Positions 25,140 to 38,475 of a DNA stretch of 64,000 nt are shown here, in pieces. Where the stretch lies: contig OZ024745.1 in assembly GCA_964016885.1 (NCBI GenBank), positions 96,038,001 through 96,102,000 on the forward strand. The letters run 5' to 3'. The notes under the pieces are model-generated. The model did not search any database. It had not been told where the DNA came from and saw only the letters and a list, made by a program, of their open reading frames with translations. The stretch comes from Eledone cirrhosa (Eukaryota). How positions within the stretch are numbered: position 1 is the stretch's first letter; every line of letters starts with the position of its first letter. The position numbers were made by a program, and so were the translations under genes.

Positions 25140-28100
25140 AAAACAACAAAAAAGAAAACCCCGTGATCAAGAAAAACCGGGATGGCGGCCGGCGGGGAAT
25201 AGCCGTGTCTCTAGGGGAGAACGACCCCTCTAGTCTTGGTTGACACTCGTTCTAGAAGTGGTAACACGAAATGATTACCCCTTGGCGGATAAGGATAAAA
25301 CGCGACAAAATAAAGTAAATGTCTAATGATAAAATCTCATACCGGATCGGCCGTCACCCGGGTAAAAAAGGGCCGCGTCCCTCAGAGAGGAACCAGACTT
25401 TTGTCGAAAACTCAGCTAATGGTTCAAACCTTCCCATCACTTCGGAGCTGGAGACCTCCCATAACCGGAATACTCCTACTGTTGGCCCTCTATGCTCACC
25501 ACCAAGAAATCCAAAGAAAAAGAGAGAAAAATGGTCAAGGGAAGATAATAAAGAAGTCCTTGAGGCTTTCTACAATGCCATGTACTACCCATCAAATACA
25601 TCGAATACAGAACAGACATATATCAACTGGAAAAAGAAACATCCCGAAAACAGAGGCTATATTGACAGTAACAAACTAGCCAATATACGAAGAAATATTG
25701 TAAAAAAAAAGTTACTAACTGATATAGAAATTGATCAGATCAAGCTATTAGCACAAAGTCAGCGAAGGGAAAATGAAACATGTGTCAGTGAAAACGAGGT
25801 AAATTGTAACACTTCGAATCCCAGGGGTGGGGCGGAATCGCTGGCAACAGAACAAATTAAAGAAAGGATCGAAAAAGTGGAGGGAGTGCATGCTCAAGAT
25901 GAAACTCCAAATGAAAATAATGAGATCGTAAAGGATAAAGAAATGAATGAGAATGAACTTGCCAACTTGAAGGATGAAATTATGATCGAATGGATGAAAA
26001 TGAAAGAATCTGACATGGGGCAACGAGACACCCTCCCTAAGATCCAGAACTCCAAATAGAACCAAAAGATAATACACAAGATTAACATAATTCTCAAAAA
26101 CATTATCATCACAAACAAACTAAACATTACTGATTTAAATCATCTCTATTATGTATCGGCTAAAGTCACCACTCACTTATGTGGAGTGAAGATGAAAAAA
26201 CAAAGGAATTCCCACAAGAAATCTACTTGGCAAGAGAACATCAATCGCCAAATAAACCTTCTCCGATCTGACATAGAAATTTTAACAAACTATAAAGTAG
26301 GTGAACATGTTAAACAAACTAAACTTAGAAAATTGAAAAGAAAGTACAGTATAAAATCAACAAGTGACATAGACATGCTGATAGAAATAATCAAGCAAAA
26401 AGTGTCGGCCAAAGCTGCTCGTATAAGGCGCTTTGAAAAACGATCTAGATTCTATAAGGACAATATGTTCAAAAACAACCAAAGAAACTTCTACAGAAAA
26501 ATTGGTAAGTCAACAATAACTGCTAAATCAATACCACCCAAGGAGGAAGTGCAAGAATTCTGGGAAAAGATCTGGGCCGAAGAAAAAGTTCATTACATAC
26601 ATGCCCCATGGATAGACAGACAAATGAAAGATACAGCTCACCTTGAAGAACAAATATGGGAAAATATAACAGTTGAACAGTTGCGCTTGGCTCTAAGAAA
26701 AACCAGCAAATGGAAATCCCCAGGAAAAGACAAAATACAAAATTTTTGGATAAATGCCTTCACAGAGTCTCATGAGCTGTTAGCCCAACTTTACAATGAA
26801 ATAGTTAAGGAGCCAGAAAAGATACCATCATGGCTAGTTAACGGCATTACATTCCTGCTTCCGAAGAATGATGAGACAAACAATCCCCAAAATTACAGAC
26901 CGATAACCTGCTTGACCACAATGTATAAAATTTTAACATCAGTCCTAACTGAATATACATATGACCACCTGATAACAAATGACCTATTTCCCATTGAGCA
27001 GAAAGGGTGTAAACGAGGCTCATATGGCTGTAAGGATCAGCTTCTGGTTAACACAATGATACTGGAAGATTGTCATAATAGACACAAAAATCTATCAATT
27101 GCTTGGATAGATTATAAAAAAGCATTCGATAGTTTGCCACACAGTTGGATTGAAAAATGTTTAGAGATTTTCAAAATATCCCCCGTTGTCAGGAGGTTTT
27201 TGTCATTCAGTATGAAGACATGGAAAACGACACTCATTTTGAATAGTGAAACAAAATCACTGGAAGCTGGAGAAGTTAATATTAATTGTGGAATTTTTCA
27301 GGGTGACTCTTTATCACCGCTTTTATTCTGCATCGCACTTATACCATTAAGTAAAATGCTCAATGAAACAAAACATGGATATAAAGTCTATGACAAAACC
27401 ATTAATCACTTGTTCTACATGGATGACCTGAAACTATTTGCAAAAAATGATGAGCAATTGCAAGGGCTATTATCCACTATGGAGCAGTTCAGTGATGACA
27501 TTAAAATGGAGTTTGGACTAGATAAATGCGCCAAAGCAACGTTCACCAGAGGAAAGCTGCTGAAGAGTTCAGACATTAATCTTGATCGGGGGAATGTGAT
27601 AAGAGAACTTGATCAAGAAAAAACTTACAAATATCTAGGTGTTTGTGAAGGAGACGGAATCAAGCACTCGACAATGAGGGAAAGGATAAGGTAGGAATGT
27701 TACCGCAGAGTAAGAGCAATCTTAAGAACGGAATTGAATGCAAGGAATAGGATCGATGACATAAACACGCTTGCCATACCAGTAGTAATCTACAGTTACA
27801 ATGTCATCAACTGGTCAAGCACAGAGATCCGTAGGCTCGATACAAAAATTCGAAAATTCTTAACCATGCACAGAATGCATCACCCTAAGGCAGATACAGA
27901 TAGAATATATCTCCCTAGGAAAGAAGATGGACGTGGGTTAATCCAGTTAGACATTGCGTTGAAAACTGCAACAATTGGATTATCTACATATCTAAGGGAA
28001 TCACATGATTGGATGATCAAACTCGTTTTGAAACACGAAAGCATCAAAAGATCATACTCCATTACAAAAGATGCACAAAGATACAGTAATGGACTACACA

Positions 28101-29110
28101 TTCCAGAAGTCCCATTTACTGCTGAAATGGAAAACACAGAAAAAGCAAAGCAGGTAAAAGTAACTGCAAAGAAAGAACTGCTACAGAAACTGGCTAAGAA
28201 ATGGCAAGAAAAGCCTCTGTATGGAAAATACCCAGAGCGAGCTAACAATCCTGATGTTGACAAAACTTTAACCCATCAGTGGTTGGCATCCTCTGGACTG
28301 AAATCGGAGACTAAAGGACTGATTATATCAGCACAAGATCAGTGTCTGCCAACAAAAAATTACCAAGCCAACATAATAAAAAATGGATGCAGCCCATTAT
28401 GCCGTGTATGCAAAAAACAACCAGAGACCATTGACCATATAATTTAAATGTGCAGTCCTATAGCTCCAACCGAATACCTAAACAGGCATGACAGAGCTGC
28501 ACAATACATACATTGGATAATGTGTAAGCATTTTGACCTGCCCCCATCAAAAGAATTGGTGGGAGCATCAACCACCTCCCATACTTGAAAAAGATCACAT
28601 CTCAATCTTGTGGAACTTTAGCATCCAAACAGACCGAAAAATAGATGCAAATAGACCTGATATAATATTGAAGGACTTTAAAAAGAGGGTATGCCTGCTA
28701 ATTGATATGTCCGTTCCAATAGACAAGAATGTATCTATAAAAACATTTGAAAAATTGAGCAAGTATAAGGACCTGGAGATAGAAATTGGAAAAATGTGGA
28801 AATTGAGAACTAAAACAATACCAGTGGTTGTAGGCGCTCTGGGAATGATACCTAAGGGGTCTACTGATTACTTATCGCAAATCCAAGAAACCCGCGTATA
28901 GGAGAAACACAAAAGATAGTACTAATGGGAACTGCCCATATACTAAGGAAGATTCTGTCAATATAAGTACATCACAAGTCTAAACACTAAAGATGCATGT
29001 GTGAGTATGTATGTTCTTTCTTGAACATGGTGGACCTTGTTGTCTCTTGAGGTCACTGGTTGTGACTTGGTGATAACTCGTATGAACATAAAGCAAGATA
29101 AATGCAACTG
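25140..29110 (+). mobile_element. near full-length R4/Dong-clade non-LTR retrotransposon ending in (TAA)n
   Basis: Single ORF with RT, CCHC and restriction-like endonuclease; (TAA)n tail at 29111-29127. The 5' boundary is approximate. Confidence 0.9.
25319..28966 (+). pseudogene. R4/Dong ORF (RT + RLE endonuclease), disrupted
   Basis: 'WKSPGKD..NYRPITCL..IDYKKAFDS..GIFQGDSLSPLLF..YMDDLK'; 'CRVC....ETIDHI', 'RHD', 'NRPDI..LIDMSVP..KLSKYKDL'. In-frame stops at 26059, 27694 and 28447, then frameshifts. Confidence 0.9.
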
Positions 29111-29128
29111 TAATAATAATAATAATAT

Positions 29129-29805
29129 TTACAAGGAGGAGGCTAGCCCACTGTGCAGGATCTGGGGAGAGAGAGAGGAGACTGTGGCACACATTGTATC
29201 CGAGTGTAAACACCTAGCCCAGACTCACTATAAAGGCTGGAGACATGATGTGATGGGCAGGGTGATCCACTGGCACCTATGCAAAGTAAACAATTTACCA
29301 CATTCTGAGAAGTGGTATGAGCATAAGCCAGTGTCGGTGATAGAAAACGATCAGGTGAAGGTGCTGTGAGATTTTAGGATACAGACGGACAAGAAACTGG
29401 AACACAATAGACCTGACCTGGTGGTTTTGGACAAGGAAAAAAGATCGTGCCTGATTGTGGATGTGGCCTGCCCATTGGACATGAGAGTGCAAGAGAAGGA
29501 CAGTGAGAAAATCAACCGATACCAGGACTTAAAGTGGGAGGTAAAAAGGATTTGGAACTGCCATGAAGTCCAAGTGGTCCCGATTGTCATAGGCGCACTA
29601 GGTACTATCTCAAAAAGTTTCCAGGGATGGTTAAAGAAAATTGGCCCCGCCACGCTTATTGGAACGCTTCAAAAGGCATGCTTGCTGGGAACAGCAGGAA
29701 CCCTCCGATACGTCCTGAATATCTGAGGCTGCAGGTAGTGGCTTGATATTCATTTCAACAAACTTTCCAGTTAACTAACATCAATGACTGACACTCAAAG
29801 AACAA
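29129..29805 (+). mobile_element. 5'-truncated R4/Dong element of a second family (RLE domain)
   Basis: 'CRI.GEREETVAHIVSEC..RHD..NRPDL..IVDVACP..KINRYQDL..VPIVIGALG'; lies between two (TAA)n arrays. Further RLE fragments at ~30325-30480(+) and ~33900-34330(-). Confidence 0.85.
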
Positions 29806-29825
29806 TAATAATAATAATAATAATA

Positions 29826-30281
29826 ATTGTTTCTACTTTAGGCACAAGGTCATCAATTACCCAGTGCATTACTGGTACTTTATTTTATCGACCCCATAAG
29901 GATGAAAGGCAAAGTCAACCTCGGCGGGATGTGAACTCAGATCGTAAAGGGACGTAACTATGCTGGAAAGCATGGTGTCCGACCCTCTACCGATACTGCC
30001 AATCCACCAATCAATAATAAATAATCAAATAATAATCCACCAATCAAATAATAATAATAATAATGGTTTCTTTTATAGGTACAAGGCCAGCAATTTTGGG
30101 GCAGGGGAAAGTCGATTAAATCGACCCCAGTGAGCCACTGGTAGTTTATTTTATTGACATTGTAAGGATGAAAGGCAAAGTTAACCCTCGGTGGGATTTG
30201 AACTTAGACCGTAAAGGGACGTAACTCTATGCTGGAAAGCATGGCATCCGACCCTCTACCAATACTGACAATCCACTGCCC
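29826..30281 (-). mobile_element. two tandem tRNA-derived SINEs in (AAT)n
   Basis: Copies at 29826-30009 and 30064-30281 with A/B boxes; same family at 45209-45397, 45408-45608 and 61994-62110. Confidence 0.85.
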
Positions 30282-30606
30282 TAAAGAAGAAGAAGAAGCT
30301 CAGTAACTATAAATATTTATAAATTAAAATTGAGAAAATGTGGCATCTTAAAGCCTGTACAATACCAGTGATAGTTGGTGCACTTGGAATGATAAATATG
30401 TGGACCAGATACCTGGAAAGCCATCTCTGCAAGAAAAACAGAAAATAGTGCTGACTGGCACTGTCAATGTCCTCAGCATTATCAAATGTTTTAGCTCAAA
30501 ACGAGGTAGTGCATATATTATAATTAGGTTGAAAACAAAAGGAAATTGATTTTCTCTGACCCAGGTTAGTTTAGCAAGAAGATACTATATCATCATCGTC
30601 ATCATT

Positions 30607-30786
30607 TGGCAGTATCGGTAGAGGGTTGGATTATGCTTTCCAGCATAGTTACTTCCCTTTACGATCTGAGTTCAATTCCCGCCGAGGTTAACTTTGCCTT
30701 TCATCCTTACGGGGTCGATAAAATAAAGTACCAGTAATACACTGGGTAATTGCTGGCCTTGTGCCTAACGTAGAAACAATTATTAT
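30607..30786 (+). mobile_element. tRNA-derived SINE, (ATT)n-tailed family
   Basis: TGGCAGTATCGG (A box), GAGTTCAATTCC (B box), GCCTTTCATCCTTACGGGGTCGATAAA core, CCTTGTGCC..AGAAACAATTATT end. Confidence 0.9.
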
Positions 30787-31692
30787 CATCAACACCATTT
30801 TTATGTCTGCTTTCCATACTGGTATGGGTTGGACAGGTTGTCATAGTCTGATACAAAATGTATTGGAGTGACCTTATCTCACTCATATATTCAATATTTG
30901 TCATGGGTTCAATAGCTGGATGACCTTAAAAACAACCACCTTATAAGGTGTACTAGGTGCACTTTTTCAGGGCAACAGTAATAACATTTTACAGAGTGGA
31001 CTGGATGGACTGGATGGATTGGGTGGCCTTTATTGTGTCACTAGTACAAGAGAGGTTGTTATACCATTATCTAGACTGTCCATGTTTAATTGCCAAACAC
31101 TGTAACCTCCAAACTCTTACACATTTACGTTTTGAGGTGCAGTTCTTGTATTGGTGAATGGATCTTTTGTATTACTGGGATATTTTTCAACATGCTGACG
31201 CATATGTGTGTATGTGCATATGCATATATTTATATGTATGAGTATATAAATATAAATATATATGTATTTATATGTATGAGTGTATAAATATAAACGTGCA
31301 AACAGAGACACACTTACAAAAATACACACTCAGACATATATTCACACAAACACACACATACATTCACACAAACACACATACATGCATTTAAGCAAACACA
31401 CATATACACATACACTCACACCCAGCATAGTTAATTTCACCACTCTCTGCCTTCCTTTTACACACACATACATTCACGCAGGCAGCAGATGTAAAGAAAG
31501 AGGAGTAGTATGAGGTAATCAAACTACTCCTGTCTCTTTACGTGTTGTGACAGAATCACAGAAATGTATATATAGATGGCATAAAGTCAGTCTGTTAGGT
31601 CCTGTGTCTTCAAATGGTTCAGATTGTTTAGGTAATTTCTCACAACTTTGTCCCATGCTTCCTTGGTCTCTCTCTCTCTCTCCCTCTGTCTC

Positions 31693-31727
<35 letters not shown>

Positions 31728-32094
31728 TCCAATGCTTCTATCCACTTTAAACACTAAACATACATTTATGCAACTCTCACTCTTAGTAACACAATGGTTT
31801 CTCTTACATATTACATTCAATTCCTTTTATACTCAACTTTTCTCTCAGTTCTCTTATGCTCTGTCATTCATGTACACTAATATTGCCTATTCTGTGAAGC
31901 ATGCTTGCCTAATTTCTTTTTAGCCAATGCATATTTTGGCACTTGAGGCCCACATTACACAGAAATGTGTCATTGCAGTTCAAACACATCTAACACGTAA
32001 TCTACCCTTCACTCTGAAAGAAAGACTTTTAGTTGTCAGCAGAGTTAACAGCTCTCTTTAGCTACAACACTTTCACAACGAAAAAATAGAGGAG

Positions 32095-32455
32095 ATGATT
32101 ATGATGGTGATGATGAGGATGATGGTAGTGGTGGTGGTGGCTGTGGTGGTGGTGTTAATGGTGGTGGTTGTGGTGGTGGTATTGGTGGTGGTGGTTGTGG
32201 TGGTGGTATTGGTGGTGGTGGTGGTGGTGTTAGTGGTGGTGGTGGTGATGTTAGTGGTGGTATTGGTGGTGGTGGTGGTGGTGGTGGTATTGGTGGTGTT
32301 GGTGGTGATATTGGTGGTGGTGGTAGTGGTGGTGGTGGTGGTATTGGTGGTGCTGGTGGTGCTGGTGGTGGTATTGGTGGTGGTGGTATTGGTGGTGGTG
32401 GTAGTAGTGGTGGTAGTGGTGGTAGTGGTGGTGGTGGTGGTAGTGGTGGTGATGG
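32095..32455. repeat. (GGT)n microsatellite
   Basis: Directly visible; explains the poly-V/T ORFs. Confidence 0.95.
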
Positions 32456-32644
32456 TATATGTGTACACTATACAGAAAATCCCCCTACTAGGCCACTGTA
32501 CTCATACTACATAAAGTATTTTAAATACAACAAGAAAAAAGAAAAAAATTGTCAATAGAATTTTGTCAAATAGGACCGAGGAAACAATATTTCCGTTGGT
32601 CTTTCCAATTGCTAATGTTAACTATCGGTCGCAACTCCAGGTAG

Positions 32645-33048
32645 AAGAAGCAACGTGAAATAAAGAGTTTTGCTCAAGGACATAACGCATTGTCCAGTCC
32701 AGGAATCAAACTGACGACCTCACGATTGCAAATCCAGTTCTCTAACTAATCAGTCACATGCCTTCACCAATACAATACAATAATTATAATAGACCTTGAT
32801 TTATAATAGATCTTGATTTCGGCTAATATATACTCACCTGTTTGATCCCTCATTAGTGAATCGGACATATTTCTTATTTTGCCCCTACCCCAGTCCCTAT
32901 CATCTCATTTCTACAGCTGAGTAAACTGAAGCAATGTGAAATAAAGTGTCTTGCTCAAGGAAACAACACATCACCCGGTCTGAGAATTGAACTCACAACC
33001 TTTCGATTTCAAGGCCAATGCTCTAACCACTAAGCCATGTGCCTCCAT
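32645..33048 (-). mobile_element. two older tRNA-derived SINE fragments (second family)
   Basis: Minus strand: TGGCTTAGTGG A box, GAGTTCAATTC B box, then CCTTGAGCAAGACACTTT (CORE/V-like central motif). Confidence 0.65.
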
Positions 33049-33527
33049 AGTAGTATTAACTGTACAATAGAGTAATGTAGTATTAAATTTTCAAACCAGC
33101 TCAGGTAATACAGAGAAGATAGAAACTGACTGCATAGCTCCATTGAGTCACTAGCATTACATTAGATGTTTTAATGAAAACCACCTTCAGCTCAGATGTG
33201 TATAACTTTCAATAGACACTTGAAACTATTTTCACCACACTTTGGCTGAAAATATCTTTCAGAAATAATGAATGGTATGACAGCCTGTAATGTCTTACCT
33301 AAATATCTTAGAATACATGCCAACAAAAGATGTCACTTTTCTATATGTTGTCTTGTATTATGACAGTATTATAGCAAGCTACCTCTCAAATTAGCTATGT
33401 CAGAATTATGTGAGACTCACACACTCTCTCTCTCTCTCCCCTCTCTCTTTCTCTTTCTCTCTCACTCTCTATAGATAGATAGATATACACACATACACAT
33501 ACAAACACACACACACACACACACATT

Positions 33528-33564
<37 letters not shown>

Positions 33565-35782
33565 TGTGTGTGTTTATGTATTTTATGAAAATTTGTGTCT
33601 GATACTCCGTCTTATTGGTGCCTTGTCAGCTGTCTGTTGGGACTCATAGAAAAGATTTCATCAATGTAAAGTACACTAAAATGTTGGCAGATATTACCTG
33701 TAGTGGTAAATTCATACACGTCAGTTATTATGTAAAACTATTTTGCTCTATGACAAAAAATCTTAAGGTAGGAAAACACTGGAACACTACATACATATGT
33801 ATGTTCTCTTTCACTTAATTTCGAGTACATTTTTTACTGGCCACGTTCCTGGTGGCAAGGTTGTAAAAGAAAGAAAATTATCATCCCTTGAATCGCAAGA
33901 ATATTTTGCAAATGTTGAAGGTGTCAGATATCGTGGCCATTTGTAGTTAGGGAGCTGCACTCTTTATGCACAAATCCAAGTTCAGCCATACTTTGGTCCA
34001 AGCAGGTTGGTATATAACCTGTAGCTCCAATAATAATGGGTATGAAGCTGAAGGTGTATCTTGGATACTGGATCTGCAAACTCCTCATCAATGGTCCGTA
34101 GATGTCCTCCTTCTCTTGTATTTCTCTTACATCGTTGACATGAAGTGGGTAGCTGATCTCTACAACAGAGCACGTTTTCAATGTGTGGTCCCAAACAACA
34201 ATATCAGCCCGGTTGTGCTTTAATTTGGTGGCAGTTTTTATTTTCAGGTTCCACCAGTATTCTTTAGTGCCATCTATCTCAACATATTCTTTCTCATTCG
34301 TTTTTAATTTTGTTTTCCTTAGTGCATTCCATATGTATGTGTGTGTACATATGTACATGAATACCTGTGTGTGTGTCATCATCATCATCATCACGGTTTT
34401 ACGTCCATTCTTCCACGCTAGCATGGTTTAGGCAGGTTGTCCTGTTGTGGCAGTGCCCGGTCGACTGACCTTGTCTTGCTCATACGGGAACTGATTCTGG
34501 CTTGATTTCTACAGCTGGATGCCCTTCCTAACACCAACCTCATTTACAGTGAGTGCTGGGTGCTTTTTTTCCATGGTGCCTACACGATCATTTTACAGTG
34601 TGGGCTGGGTGCTTTTTTGCCGTGGCACCTCCACAACCACTTTTCAGTGGGAGGAGGTGGGGAAATATTGTCTATATGCTTCAGCTTCGACTTGTACCTG
34701 TGGGAAGTCGGGTCTTCTGTATTACTGCGTGATGCCAGAGGTCACGGTCCTGTGTGTATGTGTAAATGTATGTATATATAAATATATGTATATATAATGA
34801 GAGAGAGAGAAAGAAAATCCAAATGTTAGGAGATTAAGGATTTCTATACAAATTGTGTTATATAGGAAAAACGATAAAGATTTAAAAAAAAAAAACACCT
34901 AATGTGTTTTCATTTTATAAACATGTCACGTGAAATAAAAATGAGAAAAAATTTTTTTTTACATCAAAAAGAATAGTTTATGTACTTTTGTACTTACATG
35001 CTACATGTAGAGTAAACAATAAAAGGATTTATTTACATCAAAAACAATAGTTTTTGTAGTTTTTTTTGTACTTGACCGATTTCACTTAAAAAACAGCTTT
35101 TCAAAACTTTTTCCGTGTTTAATTTACTAGCTTTCCACTTAAAACACAAATGACAATGACATTACAAATGGAAAACTATAAATGTGGCCTGTATATCAGA
35201 TAGAAGCACATTAGGTGTTTTGTTTTGTTTTCAAATCTTTATCATCTTTCCTATATGTGTATATATATAATCATCATCATCGTTTAATGTCCATCTTCCA
35301 CGTTTGCATGGGTTTGGACGGGAGTTTTCCCACTTGAGGCAAGATTGGTATTGGACTGTCTGGCGGGTTTTCTACGGCTGGATGCCCTTCCTAACACCAA
35401 CCACGTTTACAGTGTGGACTGGGAGGTTTTTACCATGTTACTTACACGGCCACATTACAGCGTGGACTGTGTGTTTTTCGTCGTGACACCTACACGTCTG
35501 GCGGGTTTTCTACGGCTGGGTGCCCTTCCCAACACTAACCACGTTTACAGTGTGTACTGGGAGGTTTTTACCATGTTACCTACACGGCCACATTACAGCG
35601 TGGACTGTGTGTTTTTTTTGTCGTGACACCTACACGACCTCATTTGTTTCGGACTGGATGTTGTGGTACCAACATAACTTCACATTTAAGGGGGTGGTGT
35701 GGATGGGGATATATATATATATATATATAGTAATCATAATAAATGTGAAGACTAAAATCCAAAGAGGGCTCAATAAGGATAA

Positions 35783-36421
35783 TCTATATATATAAAACTG
35801 AGGTTGTCTGTCTGTCTATCGATTTTTGGCACACATCTCCTCTTAGAATCTCTCACGGAATTGCACCGAAATTGCTATACTTGTACATTGAGCCCTAGCG
35901 AAGACATCTGAAAAAAAATATTTCAAATTGACCCGCCCTATCTGACGAAATCGAATATAATGTATCGATTTTTGAGCGTAAGTGATCAGTTATTTCCCTT
36001 TGTTCTGTTTACATTGAGCGTCTGCGTGCAAAAATAAAAAAAATTACGCTGGCTTTCTCAGCGTTTAAAATGACATTAACACAATACACGAACAGTTGTC
36101 GAGCCAGCAAAATTTTGACCTGCAAAATTCATCAGTTCGAACACTAAGCTTCCGTTTTGCTTCATTTCCATTTAAAAGCCTTTTAAAACAATATTTTTAC
36201 TTGAAAACAAGTGTATTTAAAGACTACGTAAAACAAGCAAATATTTCGTAAAAAAAAGCAAAAATTATATAAGTTTATTTAAAATATATGTATCTGTAAA
36301 TTTCGTCAGGCGTGCAGACAGACAGTCGTGCAGACAGACTTTAAGCCAAAAAAGAAACTTAACATTGTAACTTTAACACAGCTACTGAGCGACCCCGAGC
36401 AACGCCGGGCTTTACTGCTAG
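35783..36421 (+). mobile_element. non-autonomous Helitron-like element
   Basis: A|TC 5' end, subterminal (GTCT)n, 3' hairpin CCCG-agcaacgc-CGGG followed by CTAG|T; no TSD. Confidence 0.75.
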
Positions 36422-36515
36422 TATATATATAAAAATATATAAAACCGTAAAGCAAATATTTATTAAAATAACAGATTAAAGTTTAAGCAAAGAATTGCTG
36501 CTTCCACCCTTAACG

Positions 36516-36649
<134 letters not shown>

Positions 36650-36848
36650 CACTCTATAGTGCTCGACACAGAAGTGAACCTAAACATCGAGTGCTCACCC
36701 GGGTGAACCTGCTGTAACTCTAAGTTACACTGCCTAGATATATATATATATAGTTGAAGGTTATTGATGAAATAAATGACCTACATGCTTTTTACTTCAT
36801 ATATTCAGATGTCATTTTTCTATTGTCTACATTTGTATGATTTCATCT

Positions 36849-37050
36849 GAAGTATTCTTGTTCCTTGAAATCTGTAGATACGAAACAATAAACCATGAGA
36901 AGTATTCTTGTTCCTTGAAATCTGTAGATACGAAACAATAAACCATGAGAAGTATTCTTGTTCCCTGAAATCTGTAGATACGAAACAATAAACCATGAGA
37001 AGTATTCTTGTTCCTTGAAATCTGTAGATACGAAACAATAAACCATGAGA
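36849..37050. repeat. 50-bp minisatellite, 4 near-identical copies
   Basis: Unit GAAGTATTCTTGTTCCTTGAAATCTGTAGATACGAAACAATAAACCATGA. Confidence 0.95.
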
Positions 37051-38033
37051 GTCAAGACATTTCAGTGAACAATTACAAAACAGGAAAACAAAATAAAAAA
37101 GGGATAGAAAAAGAAACTAAATAGTATAACAGTGTTTCACTACTGGAATACCTCAAAATACTTTGAATTTATTACCTTCAATACCACCTTGAATAGTTTC
37201 AGATAATCTATGAAGTGTAGAGATAGTGGGCAACAGATGAGTTTCAAGAGAAAAAGTGCTTAAGAATCTCCATAGAATAAGTCTGCATATAACATGTTCA
37301 TGTATAATAAACATACATTTATTCTCATTGTATGTTGAAAGCTTATCTACATATAGTGCAAGCTTGCAGTTGTTTACAAAATCTGTAAAATTTTACTGTC
37401 TTTCGTAGCATGGCATCTGGGTGTGATTAAGCCTGAGCAGATGAACAGCAGTGACTGTGAAATACATGTATACACTGCTCTTACTCTGATAAGACTAAAT
37501 GTATATTTATTATACACAGGCATATTGTTTATGTGTCAATATATGCTTTTATTCTGAATTATTTTGTTAGGGCTATTGCTAATTAATATATACTAGATAG
37601 TTCAAAAGTGTTTGCAGTAATGCCAGAGAATTCTGCAGCAATAACGATTTTCTATTGACATCTGACTTTGATTATGATAAAATAAATAAGAAATTTTTTG
37701 GTTTTGACAGTACCTCCAGGAGCATCTCAGAAAAGGATTCTTGACTTCTTTTCTGACAACAGAGATTAATTAACCCACTTCATTAATTGTTATAAATGAA
37801 TGTTTTGTCCTTTGTCTCTTACTTCATTCGACAGCATTTAGCTTGTGTCAGACGCTGTGACACCAGGTATACAAGCAGTACCATTGGTAGGGGTCGAAAC
37901 AGCCAAAGTCCACCTTAACAGCCAATGACCCTGAAGTTCTATGTCCTTCGTTTCTATTTTTATTTCCTTTAATTTTCCCCTTAAACAATTGTTTTTCATT
38001 TGTTGTCTTGTCCTCTATTTGTTAATTTTCTTA

Positions 38034-38087
<54 letters not shown>

Positions 38088-38106
38088 TGAAAAAGAACAA
38101 AGGAAC

Positions 38107-38475
38107 TATAGCGATGATTACTGGTTGTATGAATGTAACAAAACGAGACAATGTTTGTGTATATAATATTTAATTAACGGTAGATAGAATACTTGACATG
38201 TCAAAGATAGATGTTAGAATGAAACAAAGTTAGTAGTTACCGTTTTGATTGCCAGGCAAACGCGGCTGGCAGAGGGCGCCTGGCCTTAGCCAGGCGCCTG
38301 TTGGCCAAATTAATGGCAGAGCCAAATGAGAAGACTCTTGACCTGGTGCCGAAAAGGCAAAGAGAGAGGAAGGAAGCTTAACGTTGTTAGTTTTATAGGG
38401 CTCTGACCGGAAGTTGCAGAAAGGGTTCCACTTCCCGTCTAGATCCCAATCAAAACAAGGGAGACAACCGCTACA
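38107..38475 (-). mobile_element. solo LTR (Gypsy-like) with 4-bp TSD GAAC
   Basis: TATAGCG...CGCTACA termini (TG mutated to TA). The empty site AAAGGAACTATTATG is preserved in the opposite palindrome arm (40848-40865). Strand is tentative, from TTTTATA near 38391. Confidence 0.85.

Noticed and set aside
30607-30690. tRNA gene
   Set aside because: The A and B boxes belong to a multi-copy SINE head; no cloverleaf.
36849-37050. Regular 50-bp repeats as CRISPR or a ribozyme array
   Set aside because: Contiguous tandem units without unique spacers, eukaryotic context, no cas genes; GAAAC is present but there is no CUGANGA core.
37853-37915. CTGTGA...GAAAC...GTC motif
   Set aside because: Core is one nucleotide short and helix I does not pair.
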